From the NCBI GenBank assembly GCA_039679675.1, contig JBDKUN010000028.1:121954-185953 (forward strand): a stretch of 64,000 bases of DNA, read 5' to 3'. The notes beneath the pieces are model-generated. The model did not search any database. It was not told the DNA's origin and saw only the letters and a program-made list of their open reading frames with translations. The position numbers were made by a program, and so were the translations under genes. Position 1 is the stretch's first letter, and every line of letters begins with the position of its first letter. Shown in pieces: positions 48,992-59,318 of this stretch. The stretch is from Armatimonadota bacterium. Lineage in GTDB: Bacteria > Armatimonadota > UBA5829 > DTLH01.

Positions 48992-50452
48992 CTACTTCTG
49001 TCCCTGGGCGTCTACTTTGGCTCCGTCCTCCAAGCCCTCATGTCCTGCTGTAATAACCACATCTCCGGCGCTTATATCACTCGGAGGAACTGCTTCGACG
49101 AACTGCGAGTTCGTGAGCCCCTTTGCAATCGTATGCATCTTGGCTGTATTACCCTGAAGCGTAAAGACTACAGTCTTTCCTTCGCGCTCCCCGATAGCAT
49201 CCTGAGGAATGAGGACTACATTCGTATCGGTGCTGGTAACGATCGACCCACGGCCGAACATACCCGGTTTCAGCTTGGAGCCAGGGTTTGGGATGCTCAC
49301 TCTTACGCTGAAGTTCCTGGTAGCTGTCGATGCGGTCGGGTATATCTTCTGAATCTTGCCCATGAATGTTTCCTTCGGGTAAGCATCGACTGATACACCG
49401 ACAGACTGCCCCGGCCTTACCTTGGCAAGCACTGTTTCGGAAACATCGGCCTGCAGATAGACCGTTTTTACGTTGACGACTTCCATCAGAGGGACGCCGA
49501 CGGTTGCGGTCTGTCCCGGTTCGGTCATACGCTTGGATACATAGCCGTCTATAGATGACCTTATGGATGTATTTCTGACCTGCTCCTCAGCTACGGCGAT
49601 CTGGGCCTCAGCCTGAGATACACCGGCCTGAGCATTCTTGATATCCTCACGGCGAATGAGAGTCTGTCCGGCATTGGCTTTGGCTGACCTGAGAGCTTCT
49701 TTCGCCTGGGTCACCTGCGTTTCGGCTGCCCGCACATCTTCCCTGCGTGCGCCTTCTTCTACCAGTGACAGATTTTCCTTTGCCGAGTTATACTGCGCGA
49801 GTGCTACATCATACTGCGTCTGGTATACATCAAGCTGTGCCTGTGCGACAGCACCCTGTGCAAAGAGCTGTTTGTAGCGCTTAAGGTTAGCCTGAGCGTT
49901 GTTCAAATTGGCCTTAGCTGTCGAAACCTGGTTTTCGGCGATCATGCGCTCCTGCGAGCGGGCGCCCTTTCGAATTTTCTGTAGATTGGCTTCGGCAGCC
50001 ACAAGAGCGGCTTTTGCTTGCTGTATAGTAGCGTTTGATTGCACATCCGTAACGCTCGCTGTAGTTCTGGCCTGCGAAAGCCTTGCCTGTGCAGCCTCGA
50101 GCCCTGCCTGCGCCTGTCTCAAAGCTGCCTGAGCGTCAGTCGGGTCAATCTGCACCAACACCTGGCCTTTTCTTACGAAATCGCCTTCCCGCGCTGTTAC
50201 ATAGACTACCTTGCCCATAATTTTGGGCGAAAGGGTCGCCGTGTCAAGTGCGGTGATCGTTCCAGTAACCGGGACCGTATCTTCAATACTGCCTACTTGT
50301 ACAACCGATGTATCTACGGGCAATCCTACTTCTTTTTGGATCTGTTCAGCCGACTTTACCGGTTTTCTGGTGCTGCGTATCTTGCTTGCCGCGAAGATCC
50401 CGGCTAAAACGACCAGTATAGCTGCAATTGCTATTATTCTATTACGACTCAT
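48992..50452 (-). CDS. RND periplasmic adaptor (membrane fusion protein)
   Basis: Lipoyl motif EGDFVRKGQVL, long coiled coil, LKPGMFG. Confidence 0.93.
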   Translation of the reverse strand: MSRNRIIAIAAILVVLAGIFAASKIRSTRKPVKSAEQIQKEVGLPVDTSVVQVGSIEDTVPVTGTITALDTATLSPKIMGKVVYVTAREGDFVRKGQVLVQIDPTDAQAALRQAQAGLEAAQARLSQARTTASVTDVQSNATIQQAKAALVAAEANLQKIRKGARSQERMIAENQVSTAKANLNNAQANLKRYKQLFAQGAVAQAQLDVYQTQYDVALAQYNSAKENLSLVEEGARREDVRAAETQVTQAKEALRSAKANAGQTLIRREDIKNAQAGVSQAEAQIAVAEEQVRNTSIRSSIDGYVSKRMTEPGQTATVGVPLMEVVNVKTVYLQADVSETVLAKVRPGQSVGVSVDAYPKETFMGKIQKIYPTASTATRNFSVRVSIPNPGSKLKPGMFGRGSIVTSTDTNVVLIPQDAIGEREGKTVVFTLQGNTAKMHTIAKGLTNSQFVEAVPPSDISAGDVVITAGHEGLEDGAKVDAQGQK

Positions 50453-51858
50453 TATTTATTTACTCCTTGAGGGACAGTCCCGCCAGTAGTCGGGCTCGAT
50501 GTCGAACCTGCAGGTAGATTCATTGGTTTCATTGCCGAAGTGGGTGACACAATCTGTGCATACTCAGGCTGCGATGCCGTTGCGCGCTGCAACTGCGTAA
50601 CAGCATTCAGATAATCGTAGCGCGCGCTGACGAAATTGGTCCTTGCCTGAGTCAGTGCGGCTTCAGCATTTGACACCTCGACAAAAGGCGTTACTCCTTC
50701 CTGATACCTGAGTCTCGAAAGCCTCAAGCTTTCTTCGGCCAGGTTTACATTGGACTGAGCGGTCTGGACTCGCCTGGATGACTCCATTACATTGGTTGCC
50801 GAAGTCCTGACTTCCTGCCCCACAACAAGCGAGGTCTGTTCCAAACTTTTCCTCGCTATCTCGACATCGTTTCTAGCCTCAGCAACTCTTGCGCGGGTTG
50901 CTCCTCCGGTCCAGATAGGCCAGCTGACGGATGCTCCGAATGTGTAAGACGTATTGTTAGGACTTGCCACGGATGTTGCACTCGACCAGTCGGTAGTCGC
51001 GAAGAGCGCAAGAGACGGATCATCCTCTGTCTTCGTGTAGTGTACGGTCTGCTCCGCGAGCTTCAAACTCGTCTCGGCCTGGCGTATCTCTGGACGTACG
51101 GCCATGGCCTGGCGGATCGTCGCATCTATGTCTATAGTTACGGGAGCGACCGACACAACCTGTTCCTCCAGCCTGAACGGACGGTTTATATCTACACCCA
51201 TGATTCTGTTCAATAACGCCATGGCAATCTGAACATTGCCTTCCGCCTGCAGGAGGTTCTGCTGCAGGTTGGCAAGATCTACTTCGGCGCTCGTGACATC
51301 GAATTTTGCCACTACGCCTGCCCCGAACTGCGCACGGGCGATCCTGAGGTTTTCTTCAGCCGCTGCAATGGCTGCTCGGGTCGTATCGACCGTCCCCTGT
51401 GTCCTTAGGACGATGTAATAAGAGTTTTTGACGTCCGCTATCAATTGCTGAAGAGTCTGTACCTCTCCAAGCTCCTGCACATTTATCTGGAGAGATGCAA
51501 GTCCCTTTCCGAGAGAGATCCTTCCGTTGACATCCACCGGCTGAGTAACAGTTGTAGTCGCCGTAGTCTGAGTCGACGGAGTAAACGTCGAAGATGGGGT
51601 TATCCACACAGGCCCTGCGCTCAGATTTACTTTGAACCGGCCTGCTGACTTGGCTTCATCCAACTGGTTTTCCGCACGGTTTACGCGTTCACGGGTGATT
51701 GCCAGCCCTGGATTGTTCTGGACAGCGATGGCTATCGCATCATCGAGCGCCAAAACGGGCGGCTGATCGGGAGCAACCGGCGTCGGCGTTTGACCAAAGA
51801 CCGGTGCTGCCAGTGCTGCGGCCACTATCAAACTGACCATTGAGATACCGTATCGCAC
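50452..51858 (-). CDS. TolC-family outer membrane protein
   Basis: Signal peptide, LALDDAIAIA..NNP, two OEP repeats. Confidence 0.92.
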   Translation of the reverse strand: MRYGISMVSLIVAAALAAPVFGQTPTPVAPDQPPVLALDDAIAIAVQNNPGLAITRERVNRAENQLDEAKSAGRFKVNLSAGPVWITPSSTFTPSTQTTATTTVTQPVDVNGRISLGKGLASLQINVQELGEVQTLQQLIADVKNSYYIVLRTQGTVDTTRAAIAAAEENLRIARAQFGAGVVAKFDVTSAEVDLANLQQNLLQAEGNVQIAMALLNRIMGVDINRPFRLEEQVVSVAPVTIDIDATIRQAMAVRPEIRQAETSLKLAEQTVHYTKTEDDPSLALFATTDWSSATSVASPNNTSYTFGASVSWPIWTGGATRARVAEARNDVEIARKSLEQTSLVVGQEVRTSATNVMESSRRVQTAQSNVNLAEESLRLSRLRYQEGVTPFVEVSNAEAALTQARTNFVSARYDYLNAVTQLQRATASQPEYAQIVSPTSAMKPMNLPAGSTSSPTTGGTVPQGVNK

Positions 51859-51924
51859 TTCTTAAGCCTCCAATATGAGGGATTTGGAGTTTCGAGCTTC
51901 AAACGAGCTGTCTAGTCTCCAATC

Positions 51925-52623
51925 CTACTTCACACTGCCTTTCTTCTCTGCAAATACCTTATCAGGTATGCCTTTATTGATCCTGTAGTTACTGAACTGC
52001 AACTCAGCCGTGCTGTTTACGGCTGTCTGAGGCGCTTTCTTTCTCCTGAACTGGCCTGACACTGGATCAGATGGCATACCGTTCATATCGACCTTAATCC
52101 GGGACGGCATCCAGTACTTGCCGTCCACCTTTTTATAGCTCCAACTCGAAGTCATCTTCATACCGTTGACTTCGGCCAGTGTTCTAAGTATCAAGCCGCG
52201 CCGCTTTTCGACATAGAGCTTCATCGAGCCGCCGGCCTGCGTCGTTTTCGGCTTGAGTTTCAGCACATGCACCGGCTCCTTGCCTATTTTGGCAGCGCAG
52301 TCATAAACTGCCGTAAAATTCTTTTTGATCTCTGCTACCGGGTTTCCTGTAAAGGTCTTCGGCAGCACCGCAAAGCCTTCTTTTGCCTTAATCTTGACCT
52401 TGTCAGGTTTTTTATAATAAACAGTCGCTTCGTTCTTAGGGATGTGCATATCCTGGCTTTTCACCGATACCGTCACATCGACTTTATAGTCGTTTACACT
52501 GCTGTAGTTCTTTTGGACCGCGTCCAGAACATCAGATGCCTTCGGATGCACCGGCGCAGCTACCGCCACCGCGGCTATGAGCAGTGCAACAACTATCGAA
52601 CCGGTAATTCTGACAGCTTTCAT
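51925..52623 (-). CDS. LolA-like outer-membrane lipoprotein-sorting family protein
   Basis: Signal peptide, YKKPDKVK, YRINKGIPDKVF. Confidence 0.75.
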   Translation of the reverse strand: MKAVRITGSIVVALLIAAVAVAAPVHPKASDVLDAVQKNYSSVNDYKVDVTVSVKSQDMHIPKNEATVYYKKPDKVKIKAKEGFAVLPKTFTGNPVAEIKKNFTAVYDCAAKIGKEPVHVLKLKPKTTQAGGSMKLYVEKRRGLILRTLAEVNGMKMTSSWSYKKVDGKYWMPSRIKVDMNGMPSDPVSGQFRRKKAPQTAVNSTAELQFSNYRINKGIPDKVFAEKKGSVK

Positions 52624-53468
52624 GAGAGCACATCCTTTCGGCGGAAGACTAGAAAACCCGCTGCGGCAAATGCAGCCGAGTAGATGAACAGTACCAGAGC
52701 AGATTTTCCAATCTCAAGCCATGGAATCTCATCTATAAAGAACCCTTCGAACGCCCCCATATGAGTCGTAAACAGATACGGCTCTATCGGGTCGAAATAT
52801 CCGATCACTCCGATAAGTTTAAGCACGATATATACGATCATCGCCCCGCCTATCGCGCCGAGCGAGTTCGTCACAAGAGTCGATATAAAAAACGCTATAC
52901 TTCCGACTGTAAGGACCGCAAGGACTGCGAATGCATAAGCCAGAAGCAACCTCACTAGCCCATCGCTCTCACTGTATACAAAGATACCCTGAGCTTGAAA
53001 GAGCCTTCCGGTCTGAAACGTCATAAGCGCCCCACGCCCAAGAAATATTGCGCCGACCGCATAAGAAACGAGCCCTAAAAAGAGCGTGAGCGCCGCCGTA
53101 TAAATGACTGCAGTTGCAAGTTTCCCAAAGTACAGCCGTCCACGGCTGATGGGCCGGGAAAGCATTGACCTCAGCGTCCCTTCGGCCGCTTCACCTGAGA
53201 TCAGGTCTCCTACCACCACGCATACGAAAAGCGGCAGGAAAAACTCTATTACAAGCCTGAGCAAAAACCATGCGACGAACCCGCCATTCAGCACGCTTCC
53301 GACGGTAACAAACCCCGGAGGAGCTGTCATCTCTTGAAAGGGAGGCGGGCCGTTCCTGAACCCAAGCGTCATAAGCCCGGCTATCCCCAGGAGTGCCACG
53401 AACCCGATATAGCTTCTGCCGCGCCGGGTGAGCTTGAACAGCTCAAGTCTGATCTGCTTCAACATCAC
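52620..53468 (-). CDS. ABC-2 type permease
   Basis: ELFKL, SGEAAEGTLR..L.RP.SR, FRRKDV. Confidence 0.9.
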   Translation of the reverse strand: MMLKQIRLELFKLTRRGRSYIGFVALLGIAGLMTLGFRNGPPPFQEMTAPPGFVTVGSVLNGGFVAWFLLRLVIEFFLPLFVCVVVGDLISGEAAEGTLRSMLSRPISRGRLYFGKLATAVIYTAALTLFLGLVSYAVGAIFLGRGALMTFQTGRLFQAQGIFVYSESDGLVRLLLAYAFAVLAVLTVGSIAFFISTLVTNSLGAIGGAMIVYIVLKLIGVIGYFDPIEPYLFTTHMGAFEGFFIDEIPWLEIGKSALVLFIYSAAFAAAGFLVFRRKDVLS

Positions 53469-54369
53469 AAGTCCCCATCAGCGAGAAGTAGAACTCCTCA
53501 AGCGATGTATTCATTGGAACAACTGCACTCACAGCGAATCCAGCCGTCACGAGCTGCCTGTTAAGCTCGGATGCACATCCGTCCTGCACGTCTGCGGCTA
53601 TCCAGCCCGGCCCGACTTCATCGACCTTCGCAAAACCCAGTCCATCGACCAGAGCGGCTGCCTCAGAAGGCTTGTCTACAGTGATCTTGAGCCTTCCTTT
53701 GCCGGATAAAAGCTCAGAAACGTTCCCGGAAGCCACTTTTTTGCCCTTATGGATAACTGCCACCTTAGTACAGACCTGTTCCACTTCATGTAGCAGATGA
53801 CTCGACAGAAATACGGTCATTCCGTAGTCTTTCGACAGGCTTTTTATAAGCTCACGGACTTCTTTCATGCCCTGAGGGTCCAGCCCGTTCGTCGGTTCAT
53901 CCAATATGACGAGTTCCGGGCTTCCGACTATCGCCTGAGCGATCCCCAGACGCTGCTTCATCCCCTGGGAGAATGACCTGACCTTATAATCAGACCTATC
54001 AAGCAGGCCAGTCTGTTCCAGAACTTTGTCTATTTCCCGGCTGTTTATCCCGCCGGTCATCTCCGAAAGTACCCGGATGTTCTGCCGGGCGGTGAGATGT
54101 TTGTACAACCCAGGGCTTTCGACGAGCGCGCCGACTTTCTTAAGCGCACGCGTCCGGTTTCCCCATGCGTCATGCCCAAGCACACGCACAGACCCATTAG
54201 ACGGCTTGATCAGGCCGAGCATCATGCGGATTGTCGTGCTTTTTCCCGCGCCGTTCGGCCCAAGGAACCCGAACACATCTCCATGCTCGACCACAAGATC
54301 CAGCCTGTCTACTGCTGGAAACGTACCGAACCGCTTCTCAAGCCCGCAAGCCTCGACAACAATCTCCAT
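53443..54369 (-). CDS. ABC transporter ATP-binding protein (BcrA-like)
   Basis: GPNGAGKST, FSQGMKQRLGIA, LDEPTNGLDP. Confidence 0.94.
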   Translation of the reverse strand: MEIVVEACGLEKRFGTFPAVDRLDLVVEHGDVFGFLGPNGAGKSTTIRMMLGLIKPSNGSVRVLGHDAWGNRTRALKKVGALVESPGLYKHLTARQNIRVLSEMTGGINSREIDKVLEQTGLLDRSDYKVRSFSQGMKQRLGIAQAIVGSPELVILDEPTNGLDPQGMKEVRELIKSLSKDYGMTVFLSSHLLHEVEQVCTKVAVIHKGKKVASGNVSELLSGKGRLKITVDKPSEAAALVDGLGFAKVDEVGPGWIAADVQDGCASELNRQLVTAGFAVSAVVPMNTSLEEFYFSLMGTCDVEADQT

Positions 54370-54412
54370 AGCGATGGTTGACCTCGCTTGTTAATTTAAA
54401 ATTGCCAGTAAT

Positions 54413-54685
54413 TTATTTATCAGGTAAAACGCCGTTATTGCCATCCAATTCCAGCATGCTCTCCATGCCCTGGAGACTCTGCTGAAATGCAGCCAAAACC
54501 TCCCGCATCGAATCTATCTTTGCAAGCACAAGCGCATTTCCGTATGGGTGTCCCATCACCAGGAGCTTGTCACCCGGGTTGATGCCCATCTTCTTTCGGG
54601 CTTCAGCCGGAATGACGACCTGCCCTCTCTCCCCAACAGTTACGGAGCCGAAAAAATGCTCTTCAACTGAGCATTTGTTTTCCAT
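54413..54685 (-). CDS. AbrB/MazE/SpoVT-family DNA-binding regulator
   Basis: FFGSVTVGERGQVVIPAEARKKMGINPGDKL. Confidence 0.9.
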   Translation of the reverse strand: MENKCSVEEHFFGSVTVGERGQVVIPAEARKKMGINPGDKLLVMGHPYGNALVLAKIDSMREVLAAFQQSLQGMESMLELDGNNGVLPDK

Positions 54686-54819
54686 GTTCAGCTCGCACCC
54701 CTCTCTAAGACGGTTCATTCATGAACCGATTAAAGCTCTTTCCAGTCTATGGTTGCTCAACTGCTGAAAAAACGCTTTATTGCGCGTAAATCATACTTTT
54801 CATACATCGCGCACAAAGC

Positions 54820-54848
54820 ATTTTATACAAATATAGCAGGCGTGTCAA
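54820..54848 (-). promoter_or_regulatory. sigma70 promoter of the AbrB-ABC-RND operon
   Basis: TTGACA-17-TAAAAT on the minus strand. Confidence 0.65.
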
Positions 54849-54963
54849 GACAGCTAACGCATTTACGCCAATAAAATTTAATCAATGAAAGCATTAAGCT
54901 GCAGATGCTCCAACAGGGTAAGTACAATATGAGTATAGATCAATAGATAGTCAGGTGTGTGAT

Positions 54964-55434
54964 ATGGCAAAAGGAAAGGAATGGCCAATTGTAACGGGAC
55001 TTGCGGTAAGTGGAATACTGGACTCGCTTTATCTCCTTCTTTATCAGACAAAGAAGATAGAACATCTGGTATGCCCGGTGTTTGATGGAGGCTGCGAGCA
55101 GGTAGCCGCTTCTGATTCCGCGTTTCCCGGCGGAGTCCCAGACGCCATATACGGCGTAGCGGGCTACAGCGCGGCGGCGGGCACTGCCATAGCAATCCCC
55201 CGGACATCCGGCAGGGTTCAGAAGTGGCTTGCCAGAGCAATGATAGGGGGTTCGCTTCTTGCAGTGGGGTTGAGCGCATATCTGACTTACGCGCAGCCGA
55301 AAAAGACCGGAGCATGGTGCTTCTGGTGTCTTACATCAGCGGCCGTATCTTCCATAATGGCTACTGTTGCCATATCCGGTGCCCGTCGAGTGCTGCGCGA
55401 GCATCGTCAGCAGCTTACGGACAAAAAGGAGTGA
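54964..55434 (+). CDS. Vitamin K epoxide reductase (VKOR) family protein
   Basis: CPVFDGGCEQV loop cysteines, WCFWC active site, four TM helices. Confidence 0.9.
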   Translation: MAKGKEWPIVTGLAVSGILDSLYLLLYQTKKIEHLVCPVFDGGCEQVAASDSAFPGGVPDAIYGVAGYSAAAGTAIAIPRTSGRVQKWLARAMIGGSLLAVGLSAYLTYAQPKKTGAWCFWCLTSAAVSSIMATVAISGARRVLREHRQQLTDKKE

Positions 55435-55439
55435 TCTTT

Positions 55440-56129
55440 ATGCCGCGGTTTCCCGATCCAGAGGTGCCTTCAGCCGCTGTGGCTGACAATAACATAATAG
55501 GCGAAGTCAGGCAGGCGCTGGGTGAAAGCCCGGATGTAGATATACGAGACCTATTGGTCGATTCCACAGGCGGTATTGTGTGCCTTACCGGTGCTGTACG
55601 GACGCTCTACGAAAAACAGACCGCCGGTAAACTGGCACTAAGTGCCAGGGGGGTAAAAGGTGTCGAGAACAACCTTGTGGTTGTGGCTGACAAACAGCCG
55701 AGCGACAGCGAGATAGAGTGCGCTATCGCGAATGTACTCGGCAATTATCCCGAAGGCAGGCCTGCGCGGATCGGCGTGCGTATTGTGGAAAATGCTGTGG
55801 CGTACCTCGTCGGTAAGGCATCGAGCTCGCTTGAGTCATGGAATGCTGCAGCAATGGCAGCCAAAGTGCCGGGTGTAAAAAAGATCGTAAACGAGATAGA
55901 TATAGTGGTGGGCGAGCCGGTTGATGAAGTAGAGATAAAAAACCTCGTCAATGACTCGCTGTCCAAAGACCTCCGAGTACACCCGTTCGATATAAACGTT
56001 CGGGTCGAAAATGAGGATGTGTACCTCGAAGGTGATGTCGAGGATGAAGAAACGAGGCGCGCGGCGGAAGAAATCGCAAGCGGCACCGTCGGAGTCAAGC
56101 AGGTATACAATAACCTCAAAATCATGTAA
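55440..56129 (+). CDS. Triple BON-domain protein
   Basis: Three repeats ending GVKGVENNL, GVKKIVNEI, GVKQVYNNL. Confidence 0.9.
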   Translation: MPRFPDPEVPSAAVADNNIIGEVRQALGESPDVDIRDLLVDSTGGIVCLTGAVRTLYEKQTAGKLALSARGVKGVENNLVVVADKQPSDSEIECAIANVLGNYPEGRPARIGVRIVENAVAYLVGKASSSLESWNAAAMAAKVPGVKKIVNEIDIVVGEPVDEVEIKNLVNDSLSKDLRVHPFDINVRVENEDVYLEGDVEDEETRRAAEEIASGTVGVKQVYNNLKIM

Positions 56130-56161
56130 GGATAATAGTTGCAATAATCACAAGAACATCG

Positions 56162-56194
56162 AAAGGGCAGCGGACTTTAAGTCCGCTGCCCTTT
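56162..56194. terminator. Bidirectional intrinsic terminator
   Basis: AAAGGGCAGCGGACTT-T-AAGTCCGCTGCCCTTT between convergent genes. Confidence 0.8.
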
Positions 56195-56217
56195 GTAATT
56201 GCTATTTATATCGAGCG

Positions 56218-56376
56218 TCACATTGTTGTGACACGGCGGCCAGTAAACAGGTTATACAGCAGTAGAATCACTGCAACAACGAACAGGATCCACAGCCAGT
56301 TACCCCAGCTTACACCGAGGCCTACGAGCCACAGCACGAACAGCGCGATAATTACAAACCACAGTAACGTATACAT
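56218..56376 (-). CDS. Small membrane protein (lmo0937/DUF5670-like)
   Basis: LLW..I..LFVLWLVG...L.VVAVILLLYNLFTGRR. Confidence 0.75.
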   Translation of the reverse strand: MYTLLWFVIIALFVLWLVGLGVSWGNWLWILFVVAVILLLYNLFTGRRVTTM

Positions 56377-56411
56377 TTTTCCACTCCTATTCAGCGGAGT
56401 CATCCGTACCG

Positions 56412-57164
56412 TTACTTTCGGTTACTTTGTGTCGCCCCCCTGTCCAATCCTTGACCGGTCAAGTGAGCCACTCCAACGATACGCATGGCTCCCGGCGATA
56501 TGTCTACAGACTTTAGTTCAGGTGATAACCCCGTAATACCCAGGTCCACCACCGGGTTGATCCAGTCTTCCAGCATCTTCGCTCCGATGGCCGGAGCTTT
56601 GATTCCGGCCACTTCAAAGCGGTCAATTTTCAGATAAAGCTTATCGCCTTTAGGCTCCAGGGAGCCGGTCAAGTCTACATTGGCTGAGACGATCCATGCT
56701 TTCGGTCTTCCATGGACCTTCATTTTTCCCTGAACAAGCTTTATCTCAGGATCATCAGTCCTTATTTTATCAATGTATTTATTCAACGATTTCTCTGAGA
56801 TCGTTGCCTCAAAGTCCGTCTTGCCTACACTCTTAAGCACCGACTTTTTGCGGTCGGCTGCAACATCCGTCATATTGACCGTCAGATGATCGATGCACAG
56901 GTCAGGCATCAACCACACATCTTCGCCGTGAATGATTAACTTCTCTATTTGCCCTTTGATCATCTTCCTGTGCGACCCGTGGACCTCCACATCGTACGAC
57001 TTGGCCGGGCCGACCAGGCTGGGCAGGCTTTCCTCTATTTTACTTTCAACTTTATTGTCTATGATGTCACCGGCGCATCCTGTCAGGACGAATGCCAGTA
57101 CAATCATCGATGTGAGAGCAACATAACGCAGCATGCTCTCACAGCAATTCTTTTTACTTGCCAT
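56412..57164 (-). CDS. DUF2993/LmeA-like lipoprotein
   Basis: Lipobox VLTGC, GQIEKLIIHG, ATISEKSLNKY. Confidence 0.7.
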   Translation of the reverse strand: MASKKNCCESMLRYVALTSMIVLAFVLTGCAGDIIDNKVESKIEESLPSLVGPAKSYDVEVHGSHRKMIKGQIEKLIIHGEDVWLMPDLCIDHLTVNMTDVAADRKKSVLKSVGKTDFEATISEKSLNKYIDKIRTDDPEIKLVQGKMKVHGRPKAWIVSANVDLTGSLEPKGDKLYLKIDRFEVAGIKAPAIGAKMLEDWINPVVDLGITGLSPELKSVDISPGAMRIVGVAHLTGQGLDRGATQSNRK

Positions 57165-57252
57165 GAATCGTATACCCTTCACCAATTACCATAAAACTTG
57201 ACACGAACCGCACCAAAGTCCGGCTCATCCTTATTATAGCGCTATAAACCGA

Positions 57253-59301
57253 TCAGGAGTTAGGAATACTTAACGGTACCGGAGGCTGCTGCGGAAGCTC
57301 CTGCTGCGTGAAAAGTTCGACTGCCGGTGCGGTGGTCATCTTTCCTTTCACTTTGAACGGCACTCCCTTTGCCCGCACCCCGTACCTGAACGATTTAAAC
57401 CTCTTCGCATCGAGAACGACCAATAGTTCGTATCTTCCGGATGGAACTGCCATTACTTTGTAGTATCCCCGGTCGTCTGTAACTCCCACGCGGCCACCCA
57501 GACCTCCAGCTATGAGCGAGTTTGTGATCGAATCCTTGATTTCATCGCACACAGGAAGGAGGCATATTGTTACGTCACGGGCTGGTTTGCCTTCTATCAT
57601 TATCCGGCCGGATACATCGGTCCGTGACACAGGCCTTTCACCCTCAGCTTTCTTTGCTTTAGCCTCTTCCAGGCACTTCTCGTATCTGGCGATTATCTCT
57701 TTTTTATGCTTATTATCATCCGGAAAGTCTTTCTGGAGATGTGAGATCTTGTCATGGCAAAGCGAGATGACATCGTCCCATTTTCCCAGGATCCTCGCCG
57801 CATAAATCGCACCTCGGTCCGGTTCCGCATTCGGATTTCTGGCTTTATCTGCCTTAAATGCAGCTTCGTAGTCGCCGAGCAGGACATTGTCTCTTATGGT
57901 TCTAGAATTAGTAAAACTCCGGTCGAAAGCCTGCTTCGGAAATTCATGCACCAGCCGGGCATCGACGTCGAGAGATTCTTCCGGCTGCCAGTTTTGAGCT
58001 GTAAGGTAAGATTTCAGATAAAGTGCAGCAGACCTGTAAGCGCTTTTTGGATGATTTTCGATGAGCTTGTCGCAGGCTTTGATTGTTTTGGAGCAAGAAG
58101 AGCTTTGGCGTGCCTGCACCGGTTCACCTTCAGCGATACGTATTACCAGATCACCTCTTTGAGGCACTTGGGGAGAGTAGTCCCTGCTCAAATCACTTAT
58201 CGGCTCGAGAGTATCCATCCCTACTATAGAACCATTGTCTTCGGTTTTGTTGGCTTCCACGAAGTACTCCCTGCCCAGGTCTTTTTCCTTAACGTATCCC
58301 ACTGCCCAGTTGGCAGCTATTATGATCGGGATAAGCGACCAGGCAAATCCTGCCACAAGCCGCCGCGGCCTTTCGGATTTTTCTCCGGTCAAGCCATGAA
58401 GGAACGCCGCCAGAAGGAGTCCGGCAAGTACGCCGCATATACCCCATATATAAAGCGATTCGGTCAGTAACTTCTCTTTTTCGAAAGCCACATCGTAAGC
58501 ATTCACCAACTGCAGGATCTGCGCGCCGGTTGTCATCCCTGCTACCAGCGCTCCAATCAGAAGTCCGGCTGCCATACAGATGTACAACCGGCTTACATTA
58601 ATCTCATTACTCTGTTCCAGTCCAATACTCGTGAAAAACCCGCTCCAAAGCCCAGCAATTGCACCATAACAAAGCGCCGTCCAGAAAACAACTGTGAATT
58701 CCAGAGAAGCTATACTGCTTGTAAACCAGGACATGAAAATCGAAAAACCAGCGTAATTATTTTCAGATTCGATGTTTCCTGATGTAATCTCATGGATAAC
58801 GGCACCCAATGCCAGCGTAATTACCAGCACAACACCTATATGAACCAAAGACCGCGCTGCGTGTTTTTGTTCTTTTTGCGGTAATCCTCTTTCCTTATCG
58901 ATCTTCCGTTGTCTTGAACTCTCCCGGAACTGATATATGCCGCCAGAAATTAAGCACAATAGATATACAGCCAGGGAAATCCCCGCGATAGCGCCTTGAT
59001 TCAAGAACATTGCCATAAACGATGCGGTTGCCAGGTAAGGTAAAACAAAATAGTGCAGTGAATGCAGGTTAACGAAAGATTTCCATGGATTTTTCAGCAC
59101 AACGAAACCTGCAAGCCATATCGTGAAGAAGATGATCGCAAAAGCAATGGGTACAACCCAGCCTGCGTTTGATGAATGTCTTAATGGCAGATACAGGAAC
59201 CTTGCGTCCCCAAAAATGTTTACACTGAAATATCCCCACAGTGCTCCCGCTGCTCCAAGCAGGCTCGGAAAAGCTATCAACTTCCAGGTTAAACGGTTCA
59301 A
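57253..59301 (-). CDS. Multi-TM protein with TPR-like and C-terminal beta-sandwich domains
   Basis: About 9 TM helices, LIENHPKS..RSAALY, VSGRI..GKPA..V...TDDRGYY...VPSGRYEL. Confidence 0.65.
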   Translation of the reverse strand: MNRLTWKLIAFPSLLGAAGALWGYFSVNIFGDARFLYLPLRHSSNAGWVVPIAFAIIFFTIWLAGFVVLKNPWKSFVNLHSLHYFVLPYLATASFMAMFLNQGAIAGISLAVYLLCLISGGIYQFRESSRQRKIDKERGLPQKEQKHAARSLVHIGVVLVITLALGAVIHEITSGNIESENNYAGFSIFMSWFTSSIASLEFTVVFWTALCYGAIAGLWSGFFTSIGLEQSNEINVSRLYICMAAGLLIGALVAGMTTGAQILQLVNAYDVAFEKEKLLTESLYIWGICGVLAGLLLAAFLHGLTGEKSERPRRLVAGFAWSLIPIIIAANWAVGYVKEKDLGREYFVEANKTEDNGSIVGMDTLEPISDLSRDYSPQVPQRGDLVIRIAEGEPVQARQSSSCSKTIKACDKLIENHPKSAYRSAALYLKSYLTAQNWQPEESLDVDARLVHEFPKQAFDRSFTNSRTIRDNVLLGDYEAAFKADKARNPNAEPDRGAIYAARILGKWDDVISLCHDKISHLQKDFPDDNKHKKEIIARYEKCLEEAKAKKAEGERPVSRTDVSGRIMIEGKPARDVTICLLPVCDEIKDSITNSLIAGGLGGRVGVTDDRGYYKVMAVPSGRYELLVVLDAKRFKSFRYGVRAKGVPFKVKGKMTTAPAVELFTQQELPQQPPVPLSIPNS

Positions 59302-59318
59302 TTATCGCATCTCCATAG

